Assembly: GCA_000091205.1 (NCBI GenBank)
Contig: AP006502.2
Strand: one strand, 5' to 3'
Length of the DNA stretch: 64,000 nt
Origin: Cyanidioschyzon merolae
Lineage: Eukaryota
The first letter of the stretch is position 1, and each line of letters opens with the position of its first letter. Both the position numbers and the translations under genes were made by a program. Shown piece after piece: positions 19,666 through 28,928 of the stretch. The notes under the pieces are model-generated. The model was not told the DNA's origin, did not search any database, and saw only the letters and a program-made list of their open reading frames with translations.

Positions 19666-20964
19666 TCAAAGGAATAGTTGACGCACTTGGGCGTAAACTT
19701 CATCCACAGAGCGTTCTGCTGGGATGCGATGCACGCGCATGCGGCGTTCTAGAAACTCTATGACTGGCATGGTCGTCTCTATAAAAGTGCGAAAGCGCTT
19801 GCGAATAGATTCAGGATTATCATCGGTACGGCCGCTGCTGCGACTGCGCTGCAGGAGGCGGCGCTCCATTTCGGCTTCGGAACACTCGAAGAAAAGGCAA
19901 AAATCAGCGCGGCGGAGTAGACACTCAAAATCTATGGCTTGATCCAATGCACGAGGGAACCCATCGATCAACACACCAGGCACTGCGAGGGTGCTACCCG
20001 CATCAACTAGTTTCTTCCGTAAAAGTTCCAACGTGATATGACCGGGCACAATGGCGCCTTGGCGAATCATCTCGTCAATCAGCTGGCCCTGTTCGGACTG
20101 AGTCTGGATCTCAGCGCGCAGCAGATCACCTGCTGAAACATGCCAAAAACCAAACTCGGCGACGAGTCGGGCGCACTGGGTACCCTTGCCGGCGCCTGGG
20201 CCGCCGAGTACGAAAACCAACCGAGGCGGCAGACGCGCATGACCCTGCAACGAGGCAGCTTCCTGGAGGTACGCACCAAGCCACTCCAAGGGCTGCGCTG
20301 GCTGCGCCATACAAAGTCGGGATAATGCGGTCGTAAGCGTCTCTAGTACGGTGGAGCTCAAGTACGACTTTGCAGCGGAGCCTCCACCGGCCACTTGCTC
20401 GCCGACGACGCGCACTCGTTCGTATATGCGCTCCACTTCTGTTGCATCGTGGAAGCATTTCGCAAGATCACTCGTAATTTGCGTTACATCCCGACTGGTC
20501 CAGACCCCACAGTGCGCCTTATCCACGCCGAAAAGCGCACGAAGGCTTCGGGGCGCCAGGGCGCGGGCTTCAGCGGGGTCTACGGGTCCGCACAACTCGA
20601 GCCACCGTTTCCAGTCTGTCGCCGAAGTCTGCTCCAGAGGCGTTGCCTCTTCGTTCGACAGGAACACCATCTCGACAGGCGGAGTCGCTCTGCGAAGCAC
20701 GACGATCTCAGAACGCCCTTCACACAGCGCAGCGACGTGTTGTTCGTTGTGCACCTCATCGTCTGGGGCAGGCGTCGTGGTCTCGGCGGGCTCAGGTGAA
20801 AGCAGCGCACGCGCTCGTTCGGGCGTCCAGACGACGGTCTGCCGCGCAACCTCGGTCCAACCGTCTGTCTTTCGTGCGTACGCCAGAATCGGATCTTTTC
20901 GATAAAAAGCTTCCGGCTGAATAACGAGCAGCACAAAACCCGGCCAAGTCGTTCGTTGCGTCAT
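19666..20964 (-). CDS. UMP-CMP kinase (adenylate-kinase family) with a ~240-aa N-terminal extension that looks like a divergent nucleoside-diphosphate-kinase (NDK)-fold domain
   Basis: C-terminal domain: P-loop FVLGGPGAGKGTQCARLVAEFGFWHVSAGDLLRAE, then LIDGFPRALDQA and the LID/CMP-binding blocks typical of UMP-CMP kinase. N-terminal region: FVLLVIQPEAF (compare NDK FIAIKPD) ... LCGPVDPAEARALAPRSLRALFGVDKAHCGVWTSRDVTQITSDLAKCF (compare NDK [44 protein letters not shown]). The ORF-track start at 21003 is TTG. The first ATG is at 20962-20964 (MTQRTTWPGFVLLVIQ...). Confidence 0.8.
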   Translation of the reverse strand: MTQRTTWPGFVLLVIQPEAFYRKDPILAYARKTDGWTEVARQTVVWTPERARALLSPEPAETTTPAPDDEVHNEQHVAALCEGRSEIVVLRRATPPVEMVFLSNEEATPLEQTSATDWKRWLELCGPVDPAEARALAPRSLRALFGVDKAHCGVWTSRDVTQITSDLAKCFHDATEVERIYERVRVVGEQVAGGGSAAKSYLSSTVLETLTTALSRLCMAQPAQPLEWLGAYLQEAASLQGHARLPPRLVFVLGGPGAGKGTQCARLVAEFGFWHVSAGDLLRAEIQTQSEQGQLIDEMIRQGAIVPGHITLELLRKKLVDAGSTLAVPGVLIDGFPRALDQAIDFECLLRRADFCLFFECSEAEMERRLLQRSRSSGRTDDNPESIRKRFRTFIETTMPVIEFLERRMRVHRIPAERSVDEVYAQVRQLFL

Positions 20965-21102
20965 ATGCAGTGCAGCTTTGTGGCTGGAGCAGAAATACGG
21001 CAAGTGCTGTAGGCGTCGCTGTGTTGCCTAGTTGCTCGTTTGAAGTCAGTAGCGCATGCGACGCGCGTCATTCGAGCGACTCGCATCGATGGACACGGGA
21101 CA

Positions 21103-21272
21103 GCTATATCCCGTTTTGTACTGTATCGCATTCGCGCATCCCCGCATGCGCAGCGTGCATCCCCGGCATGTTGAGTTGATTCCTGAGATAGCTATATCCC
21201 GTTTTGTACTGTATCGCATTCGCGCATCCCTGCATGCGCAGCGTGCATCCCCGGCATGTTGAGTTGATTCTT
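21103..21272. repeat. Tandem duplication, 88-bp unit x2, 140-300 bp upstream of the UMP-CMP kinase gene start
   Basis: gctatatcccgttttgtactgtatcgcattcgcgcatccc(c/t)gcatgcgcagcgtgcatccccggcatgttgagttgattc occurs at 21103 and again at 21191 with 2-3 mismatches. Each unit contains the short palindrome-like element gcatgcgcagcgtgcatcc. Confidence 0.9.
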
Positions 21273-22757
21273 GGATCGTGCGCGGCACCCGGTTCATCCG
21301 TATGTTCTCGAATGGTTCATTCTACGTAGACGTCAGCGTGGGCGCACAGACGCTGGATCGCAGAGACGTGCATCGCATCGCTGTCGTGGAGGTGTCGACG
21401 TTTCACCAGCACCTCTGCAATGCTTTGCTTGGAAACAGGCACTCGATTCCCCGAAGCGCCGGGTCGCGCGTAGCAGCTTCATGCAACGCCGTTCATCGCG
21501 CATAAAGATGAAGTCAGCATTCGATGACGAGTGTGCGTATGCAGGTTCTGTCGAGAGGGTAGCATCCCCGGAGTCACGACTCGTACACAGCGACATGGTG
21601 ATCGGGGCGTCCATCATTGATCGCTGAGCGTACTCGTAGAGGTGATTAGGTCACGATGACTCGCTCAGTGGAGCGAGCATGAGAGGCGCGGCGCTTCCAG
21701 GACCTTTACGACAGAAAGGGACCGGGACGGAATGTGCCTCAGCGCCTCGTCAACAAATTCGCTGGGTCCCCATATAGCATCCATCCGGGGTCGTTCGTGT
21801 CATTGCGAAATGCACGCCTCCAGTCCCAGTGTGACTGCTCAATCGCAGCATGGCGCATCTGGTTCGAGCAAACGCTGTCCAACGGTGCGAATGGGATGTA
21901 AGACATCACGCCGGATTCGGGTTTTGCTGTTGTCGTGTGATCCGCCGTGTCGTTTCACGTCACATGCATGATCTGACACATGCGGATGAAATGGCCAGTA
22001 AACAACCGGAAAGCGTTCACTTTCTCCGGGTTTCTCATGCCAGCAAAGCTCTTGTTCTTCAGTGACAGGGAACTCCGCATGTGTACCACCCGCAAGCTTC
22101 GAGACGCCAAACTCCGCGCCTCATTTCGTCATCGCGCACCATTGCAGGCTCACAGCGGCACTGCAGCTGTCGCCTGCCCAGCATGGTAAGCAGCGAGGCG
22201 TCCGTGCGTCGCAGCACGTCGCTCTAAGCGGACGCATAGCGCCAACATACGGAGCCTGTGCGCGCCACCGCTACAATGCACGCCGCGCTCGTCCATTGAC
22301 CATGCGCGATGCACTAGACACACGCACGAGGCTACGAAACGACACCACTGCGGCGCGCCACGTAGACACGTGGCGCTCGTGCAGGCTCGCGCAGATGCGC
22401 CAGCGCATGCGATCCGTTGCGTCCGTGATGTTCCACATTATTCCTATTTAGTACATTCATGAAATAAATGGACAATGCACAAAGAACACAGCGCTGGGGT
22501 GGCATGGCGCGCAATTTGGCGCGAAGTCAGCGATGGCGCGCAAACTGGTTGAATACCCGCAACAGCTTCAAGCGCGTTAGGACTCGCCACCACGTATACG
22601 ATACTGTGGTTGCGTCAGTGTTCGTACTCGCGACATGTGGGTGGTCTTTGTGAATCAAGTAAGGCGCACGCATGATGGAATTGATGTATCGAGCCGTGGA
22701 CGCTGGTACTTAAATGCGAACAAGCTCCGGTGCAAGCGGGCTCGGTCGCTTGCGTAT

Positions 22758-25010
22758 ATGACTGTTGTTCGCAGCTTGCCACGGCCACCGGGCTTCTACG
22801 TGACGACGCAGGATGGTGACACGCTTGCGAGTATCGCGTCACGCTATGGCATTGACGCGAAACGTGTTTGGGAGCTGAATAACCGCGCTTCGCGTTTAGA
22901 GTTTAAGCGTGGCAAGTTCCCATTTCTCCCTGGTTTGAAACAGCACGAGGTTTCGAGGCAAGCGCCTTCAGGTGGCGTATCCCTAGAGGAGGCGCTGGAG
23001 CGGCCACTATGTTCTGGGCAACGCATCTTTGTACCGAATGAAACAGTTGCACAGACTGCAAAAGGCGGTAACCTCCATGGGGCTTCCTTGCGCCAAACGG
23101 CACCTCCAAAAACAGTCGAAGCACCTCCGGTTACCCGGACGTTTGTTCCTCCCAAGGCACAGACCACTCCGCAACAGAAATCTTCAGCAGCGATGGGTGC
23201 TCCATCCGCGCCACCGGCCAAGGGTGTCCCGGTTGTAGAGCAGCAGGCACTGCCGCCGTCACCACCATTACAGGGTACGCTCGTTGGCTCGGTTGGGACA
23301 ACGGATTTCTTCCTGGGCGTCTTCGCGGTGCTCGTTGGATTTTATTCGGCGAAGATGATGCTGCCGCGGTCGAATACCGAACCCGGAACGCAGCCAAAGA
23401 CCTCACTCCTAAAGGCCTTGTATAAGAGGCTCGTGGGCTTTCTACAGGCCATGATTACTGTTGCTGTTTTGATTGGGCTCGCGGCAGGCGCGCTAGGCGC
23501 TCGCCTCCGAGCGGCGCTGCTGTTCATCTTTAACGCCTGCACGATACTCTTACGTGGCGTATCGCAGATGATCGTCCTCTTCGGCCAGTTCATGTGCGGC
23601 ATGCTCGGTGTCGTGGCGCTTGCGGTTCAGGGTGTCGTTCAACTGTTCCAACGGCTTGCGCAGGCGGCATTCTTGCTGATCGCGTCGATTTTTTTGGTTA
23701 CGTGGCAGAGCGCGGTACGTCTCTGGTCGGCAGCCTCTACGCGTTCGAGCGCAGTACTAGAGAACATCACCCAGCGCGGGCTGTCACCATCGCTGCCCTC
23801 GGCGGAAACAGGATTGTGGTCTGTACCAGATGAGCGCTCTTCCTCCGTCGACCAGACGGCATCCGAGTCGTTCTTTGGGCTCATTCGGCAATTTTTCTCG
23901 CGGGATTCGGGAAGCGATCTCATTCGCTGCGTTCTTCGTGAACGCACCCAGATCTCGGACGCCTTCGTTCGAATGCGATTCGATCTTCCGGGACCCGACG
24001 ACCAGCTAGTTCTCCAGATGGGTCAACGCATCGAAGTGCATGTTCAGAAAAGCCGCCAAAGTCTCTGGAGTGACGTTCAGCCCCTTGATCAAGCGGAATC
24101 TTCTTGTGGGCTTGGAGCAATCAGGCCGCACCTGCTAGCGGTCGCCAGTGATCGCCATCAGCCTGGTAGCTTCGAGATCATAGTGCCCGTGTCGCACGCA
24201 CTGCAGCAAGTGCTTTGGGAAGCGAGCGACGCAGATAATGCGACGCATTCGGCTGCCGCTGCTCCAATGGACGCCGAGTACGATGGTGCTTTCAGTACAG
24301 GAAGCGATGTCCAGGTCCTGGAGCGGCCATCTACCTCCGACCACGTATTCTCGGCGACGTGCAGTGCAAACAATGACGAGTTCGACGAGCATTTCCTAAT
24401 CGCGCTTGAATCCCTTGTGGAAGGTGTTGATGCTATCCGCGTTCGACCAGCCCCGAATACGGAGCTCATCTACCGTCGCGCGATGAATCCCTCCGCTGGG
24501 ACCGTTGTGGTGCATAACGTTGTGCTCTTAGCATGCGGTCTGGGCATTGTATCCGCGGTGCGCATCGCCGACGAACTCCTACAAGACTCCGAGTCCGCGG
24601 TGAGCCGCATCACGCTAATCTATTATAACGAGCGCGCCCGAGATTTCATCCTCCTCGACGACTTGGAGCGCATGAGCAAAGACCATGGTGAGCGATTCCG
24701 CCTCCATTGTGTTTGGAATGAGAACGCTGGCGCGTACCTTGCCAGCACAGGATTCCCCCGAGCTGCAACGGCTTCCGCTGGTGCGGGTACAAGCGCAACC
24801 GTCGCTGCCGCCGCAGCCAGACGCAACGGCTACGGCCGTGAAAGACGCGCGGCACAGCCGGTGCCTGCTACCGTCCGGGTGATATCGGCCATACCAGCGT
24901 GGACGGAAGGTACAATGGCCATTATCAGCGGGAACGAGTCATTCTCCCAAGAAATGTGGTACGCCTTGGGGGACTCGGGTTACCCGGAGGACGCGATCAC
25001 CTTCATATAA
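22758..25010 (+). CDS. LysM-domain protein with a multi-pass hydrophobic region and a large C-terminal domain of unknown function
   Basis: LysM signature FYVTTQDGDTLASIASRYGIDAKRVWELN near the N-terminus. Then a P/A/Q-rich low-complexity stretch, then predicted TM helices (FLGVFAVLVGFYSAKMML; ITVAVLIGLAAGALGA; IVLFGQFMCGMLGVVALAVQGVV; AAFLLIASIFLVTWQSAV), then ~430 aa with no recognised motif. First ATG used is at 22758 (MTVVRSLP...). The ORF extends upstream to 22635. Confidence 0.55.
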   Translation: MTVVRSLPRPPGFYVTTQDGDTLASIASRYGIDAKRVWELNNRASRLEFKRGKFPFLPGLKQHEVSRQAPSGGVSLEEALERPLCSGQRIFVPNETVAQTAKGGNLHGASLRQTAPPKTVEAPPVTRTFVPPKAQTTPQQKSSAAMGAPSAPPAKGVPVVEQQALPPSPPLQGTLVGSVGTTDFFLGVFAVLVGFYSAKMMLPRSNTEPGTQPKTSLLKALYKRLVGFLQAMITVAVLIGLAAGALGARLRAALLFIFNACTILLRGVSQMIVLFGQFMCGMLGVVALAVQGVVQLFQRLAQAAFLLIASIFLVTWQSAVRLWSAASTRSSAVLENITQRGLSPSLPSAETGLWSVPDERSSSVDQTASESFFGLIRQFFSRDSGSDLIRCVLRERTQISDAFVRMRFDLPGPDDQLVLQMGQRIEVHVQKSRQSLWSDVQPLDQAESSCGLGAIRPHLLAVASDRHQPGSFEIIVPVSHALQQVLWEASDADNATHSAAAAPMDAEYDGAFSTGSDVQVLERPSTSDHVFSATCSANNDEFDEHFLIALESLVEGVDAIRVRPAPNTELIYRRAMNPSAGTVVVHNVVLLACGLGIVSAVRIADELLQDSESAVSRITLIYYNERARDFILLDDLERMSKDHGERFRLHCVWNENAGAYLASTGFPRAATASAGAGTSATVAAAAARRNGYGRERRAAQPVPATVRVISAIPAWTEGTMAIISGNESFSQEMWYALGDSGYPEDAITFI

Positions 25011-25339
25011 ATCCAGCGTCTGCAACGGCGACGCCGTACGCAGCGGTTTTCGCCCTAACGCGACACATTGATTGGGGGTTTGTCCATTATATGCATGGCT
25101 GATTATTCCATTTAAATACAAGTCATTCCGCGTGCTCGTTTTCGCCTCCGGGTTGCGCTGCCCGAATCGTTTGCGTTGCCCGCATCAAGCGTCCTTCAAT
25201 GCCTCGTTCTGTCGTCATCCGGAGTTGCAAGACAGTCCAACAGAACGCTTCTATCTGGATCTCGAATTCCGCGATCGACAGGCAAGTAGACTACAGAGAG
25301 AGCGCTTTTGCGTACGCTGCTCACTTGTAGCCGTATTCA

Positions 25340-25420
25340 GGATCACGACGGACACGCATGCAGACACGCATACATGCAGACACGCATGCATGCAGACACG
25401 CATACACGCATACATGTTTG
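25340..25420. repeat. Imperfect microsatellite-like repeat (cagacacgcat[ag]ca)n just downstream of the LysM gene
   Basis: acacgcatgcagacacgcatacatgcagacacgcatgcatgcagacacgcatacacgcatacatg read directly. Confidence 0.8.
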
Positions 25421-25577
25421 AACACGTGTCCTCTGATGCTGTCCAACAAGTCCACCTTCGTTCCACGCGACGCAGTGCGCCCTGTTCCAGGCCAGCTTCC
25501 CACCGGACCCAGTGATCCAGGACGCCACGGACCAAGACAATAACGAAACCACAGGTGCCACGCGCGTTGCTTTATCT

Positions 25578-28500
25578 CTAGGAATGCGTTCGAGTGGGCG
25601 GCATCGCTGCCCCATTGTTGCCGCGCGGCGGAGAAGAAGCCATCTGCTCGAGCGCTTCAAGCTCCGCTACGGTGTTCACGCCCTCTAGACGCCAGAGAAG
25701 ACCGCTTTCTTCACGAACACAATAAACATCGACGTCATAGCCACAGTCCACTGCCATCTGAACGAGATCAGTGGCGTAGTATTCGAAGCGCTCAGGTACA
25801 GGACTCGAACTGCGCACCCGCTGGTTGCCTTTGTCGACTCGATGCGGTAGCGACGCTGCAAGGAGCTGCATCGAAAGCGCACGATCCACCACCATGATGC
25901 CGGAGTAGAATTCTCGAATGGCCAGGATCTGGGCGCCGTCTGGTCGCTGCAGGGCCTCGCGATACTCCACAATGGCGCGCAGGGCGCCGCTCTGGGCGTC
26001 GCGAACAACGCGTCCATAGGCGCCCGCGTCTCTGGACGTATAGCATCCGCTCAAAATGACGCCGAACGTCTGCGATGGCCCGTTTGGATGGGCCGCTGCC
26101 TCACGCTGACGGCTTCGTTGATCTAGCAGTGGTTCCAGAATCGCAGAATCTACCCCTGGATTATCGCCGTAGAGCACGAGTATGTCACCGGAGAACGTCG
26201 AAAGCGTCGAGCACAGGGCCGCATAGAGGGCGTGGCCGGTCCCGAGCGGCTGGCTCTGGCGAACCAGGAGGTACGGGAGCGCGTCAAGCGCTGTTCGGAT
26301 AGCGCCTTCGACAGACTCGTTGCCGACCACGACAGTCGGTATTCCCATGGTGTGGAGCGTCTCCACCACATGTCGAAGCATGGGTTTGCCACAGAACGAA
26401 TGCACGACCTTGGGGTACGCAGCGCGGAACCGAGTACCTCGTCCCGCGGCGAGCACGATACCGACCACAGCAGCACTTTGGAGTTGCGCTTGCCAGGCGG
26501 ATGCTGGCCCCAACTCGCCAGCGTCTGCCTCAGCCAAAAGCGCACCAGCTACTTCCAAATCGCCCAATCTCGAGGTTTCCGCCAGGCGAATGCCGAATGA
26601 ACCACTTTCAAGGTGTCGGAGTTCATTCTCTGACAGCGACGTGGCCACCTGCTCCAAGATTTGTCGAAGCCGCGACCGCAGCAGCCTTTCTAGCCGACGG
26701 GCGAGCGTTTTGGCGACCTCACCCTCCAGGGCGGTTGAACTGACTTCCACGCGTATCCGCCAGAACGGCTGTGTGCGCGACGGACGTACCAGCACGCTCA
26801 CAGCGTCCTCAATCGACACATCTGGAAATTCCAGCTGAATCCGTTGTAGTTGCTCATCGATGAGGGCCGTTTGCACCCATTCCGGATCTAAGACGCGAGT
26901 TTCGTCTGCAGTGTAGCGCCAGTTTGCTGCGGCGTAGCGACTCGCCTGGCGCAGAAGCGGTGTTTCCATGTCATGCTCTGTGAGCTGCGCGTTCACCACT
27001 TCGCTGTGTCCAGCCGAAGCAAACACCTCTAAACGTTCTAATAAATGCGTGACTGGCTCCGTACGAAGCAGCGCCTCCATCGTAAGTAAGGTGGCAACGC
27101 CGTCGCTGCCCGCGGGGTTCGCCAATCGCGCCAACGATACGATGCATTCAGCAGCGTACCGCGCTTCCCGCGTCAGGGGCGTGCTCACGTCCCGCAACAA
27201 CAACTCGTAGAGCTGACGCTGCACCAGAGGTGCCACGTAACAACCAACATGTCCATTCGGCTCGGCATAGACGGCGAGATTAAAGCAGCGCTCGACGATA
27301 TCGCGGCCGTACTGAGCGCCTGTGGGCACCAGCACCAGGTTGCCATCGCAGAGCGCACGGATTCGCTCGCGATACACACGTCTGCAGTAAGCTGTTAGCG
27401 CACAGCCGAACGATAGTCGGGGCAGTACTTGTATGGGTGTAGTTGTTGTTTCCGGGGCCGCCACGAGCAACTGGACGCAGCGGCGCAGGAATGCAACCAA
27501 ACAGAGCGCTATCCAGTCACCGTCGTAGACTACGATGGATGAAATCGATGATGCCTCTTTCGTTCGACCCGCTGAACGCTGCTCGGATGATGCGTAGTAG
27601 ACCAGGCGATCCGCATCGCCGTCCAGAGCCGCCATGCGGTCGCCCGACACGAGACAACGGAAGTCATCGCCGTGTCCAGCGTGCTGGTGGATGTACTCAG
27701 CCCCGCAGCGCTCGTTCACGGCCTGCGACTCCTCATGTCGATGCGTCGTGCTCAGCGGAAACGATAATAGCGATGATACCTCCGCAAGCACCACCGAAGC
27801 TGATCCATATGCGCAATCAACTCGAAGTCTCGTCGTCGAGTCGACTGCGCCCGATCCAGTCACCTCGGGATCCCGTTGCAGCGCTCGACAAAGCGCATGG
27901 TACCCTTTGACGAGCCGTTCGTGGACATAGGCATCAAAGGTACTCAATCGTCCATTTTGCGATGCCCAGACTGCGTACTGCGTGAATGGTGTGGTGGTGA
28001 GGCCCAGATTTCGCACCCCCGAGCACTGCGTCGCTCGTAGCAAGACTTCTAAAGCTACCTGTGCGAGACGAGCGGAACTCGGACGATTGTCGTAGCCGAG
28101 GATGACGACACCACCGCGCCCGGACTTGTCGTCGATGCTTGAGCCTGCCGCTCCCGGGAGAGTCGCGGTTTTCTCGGCGGCGGCCGGTTCCCTGCCATGA
28201 AGCATTCGATGCGCTAGGCGGTGGAACAGGGAACCAAGAGCCACAGCCCTCGGTGCATGAATCGGTACCGTCAGCGTTTCCACGTTCATTCCGTCGAAAG
28301 AGTCGTTATTCGCGGAATCTGTTGGTGGTGCCAGCGTCTCCTGCAGCAGGTCTGCGAAGAACTCTCCCAGCAAGGGGTGCGGCGTATCCTGGAGGTGCGC
28401 TTGCAACAGACCCCCGTCGCTGCGCACAACCTTGACGCCGTTCTCACTTGACGGGTTGTGGGAAGCAGTTATCATCAGGCCCAGTACACACTTTCGAAAA

Positions 28501-28928
28501 GAAGCGACCAGCGCGACGACAGCTGCGGCTCGGGCGACAACAGCGTCCAAAGCGGGTCCGTCGCGTACGCGGACGCCTGCACCGGTATAACGCACGGCTT
28601 CTGTGAGCGGGTATCGATTGGAAAGCCAGTTTGCGAGCTCGTGAAAGGGATAGGGAGAAGCATCGGTCGTGTTTAGACATTGACCGGCTTCGGAACGTTC
28701 CCCTAACGAGCAGAGCGTGGCACGTCCGACACCGCCAGCGAGCTTGCAGGGTCGCAACCGCACGCTGCGAGGCGGTGCGCGACCACGGAGCCTAGTTTGG
28801 TGCCTCGTTATAGGACGAAGCTGAGGCGAAACCGTTCGTCGACTTGCAACCAGGGCCAAGTCAGGGACCAGGCCGCTTGCCCCGAACATGAAGTGTACTC
28901 GGTGCGAAAAATCGATGGCGAGCGTCAT
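25578..28928 (-). CDS. Bifunctional fusion: phosphoacetylglucosamine mutase (AGM1/PGM3-type alpha-D-phosphohexomutase) followed by a GlmU-type N-acetylglucosamine-1-phosphate uridylyltransferase N-terminal domain, with no LbH acetyltransferase domain
   Basis: Mutase part (approx. 26705-28610): YTGAGVR (compare YGTAGFR), active-site loop GLMITASHNPSSENGVKVV (AGM1 signature GVMITASHNP..DNGVK), Mg-binding LDGDADRLVYY, sugar-binding AEPNGHVG, phosphate-binding LVRPSRTQ (compare RPSGTE). Uridylyltransferase part (approx. 25638-26471): VGIVLAAGRGTRFRAAYPKVVHSFCGKPMLRHV (compare GlmU LAAGKGTRM.S.LPKVLH.LAGK.M..HV), QPLGTGHA, ILVLYGDNP, YGRVVRD...AIVEY, FEYYATD (compare GEYYxTD), LEGVNT. The longest ORF extends to 29372 (GTG). 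Plausible ATGs are at 28926-28928 (MTLAID...) and 28887-28889 (MFGASGLVP...), about 100 aa before the first conserved mutase block, so an N-terminal targeting extension is possible. Confidence 0.8.
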   Translation of the reverse strand: MTLAIDFSHRVHFMFGASGLVPDLALVASRRTVSPQLRPITRHQTRLRGRAPPRSVRLRPCKLAGGVGRATLCSLGERSEAGQCLNTTDASPYPFHELANWLSNRYPLTEAVRYTGAGVRVRDGPALDAVVARAAAVVALVASFRKCVLGLMITASHNPSSENGVKVVRSDGGLLQAHLQDTPHPLLGEFFADLLQETLAPPTDSANNDSFDGMNVETLTVPIHAPRAVALGSLFHRLAHRMLHGREPAAAEKTATLPGAAGSSIDDKSGRGGVVILGYDNRPSSARLAQVALEVLLRATQCSGVRNLGLTTTPFTQYAVWASQNGRLSTFDAYVHERLVKGYHALCRALQRDPEVTGSGAVDSTTRLRVDCAYGSASVVLAEVSSLLSFPLSTTHRHEESQAVNERCGAEYIHQHAGHGDDFRCLVSGDRMAALDGDADRLVYYASSEQRSAGRTKEASSISSIVVYDGDWIALCLVAFLRRCVQLLVAAPETTTTPIQVLPRLSFGCALTAYCRRVYRERIRALCDGNLVLVPTGAQYGRDIVERCFNLAVYAEPNGHVGCYVAPLVQRQLYELLLRDVSTPLTREARYAAECIVSLARLANPAGSDGVATLLTMEALLRTEPVTHLLERLEVFASAGHSEVVNAQLTEHDMETPLLRQASRYAAANWRYTADETRVLDPEWVQTALIDEQLQRIQLEFPDVSIEDAVSVLVRPSRTQPFWRIRVEVSSTALEGEVAKTLARRLERLLRSRLRQILEQVATSLSENELRHLESGSFGIRLAETSRLGDLEVAGALLAEADAGELGPASAWQAQLQSAAVVGIVLAAGRGTRFRAAYPKVVHSFCGKPMLRHVVETLHTMGIPTVVVGNESVEGAIRTALDALPYLLVRQSQPLGTGHALYAALCSTLSTFSGDILVLYGDNPGVDSAILEPLLDQRSRQREAAAHPNGPSQTFGVILSGCYTSRDAGAYGRVVRDAQSGALRAIVEYREALQRPDGAQILAIREFYSGIMVVDRALSMQLLAASLPHRVDKGNQRVRSSSPVPERFEYYATDLVQMAVDCGYDVDVYCVREESGLLWRLEGVNTVAELEALEQMASSPPRGNNGAAMPPTRTHS

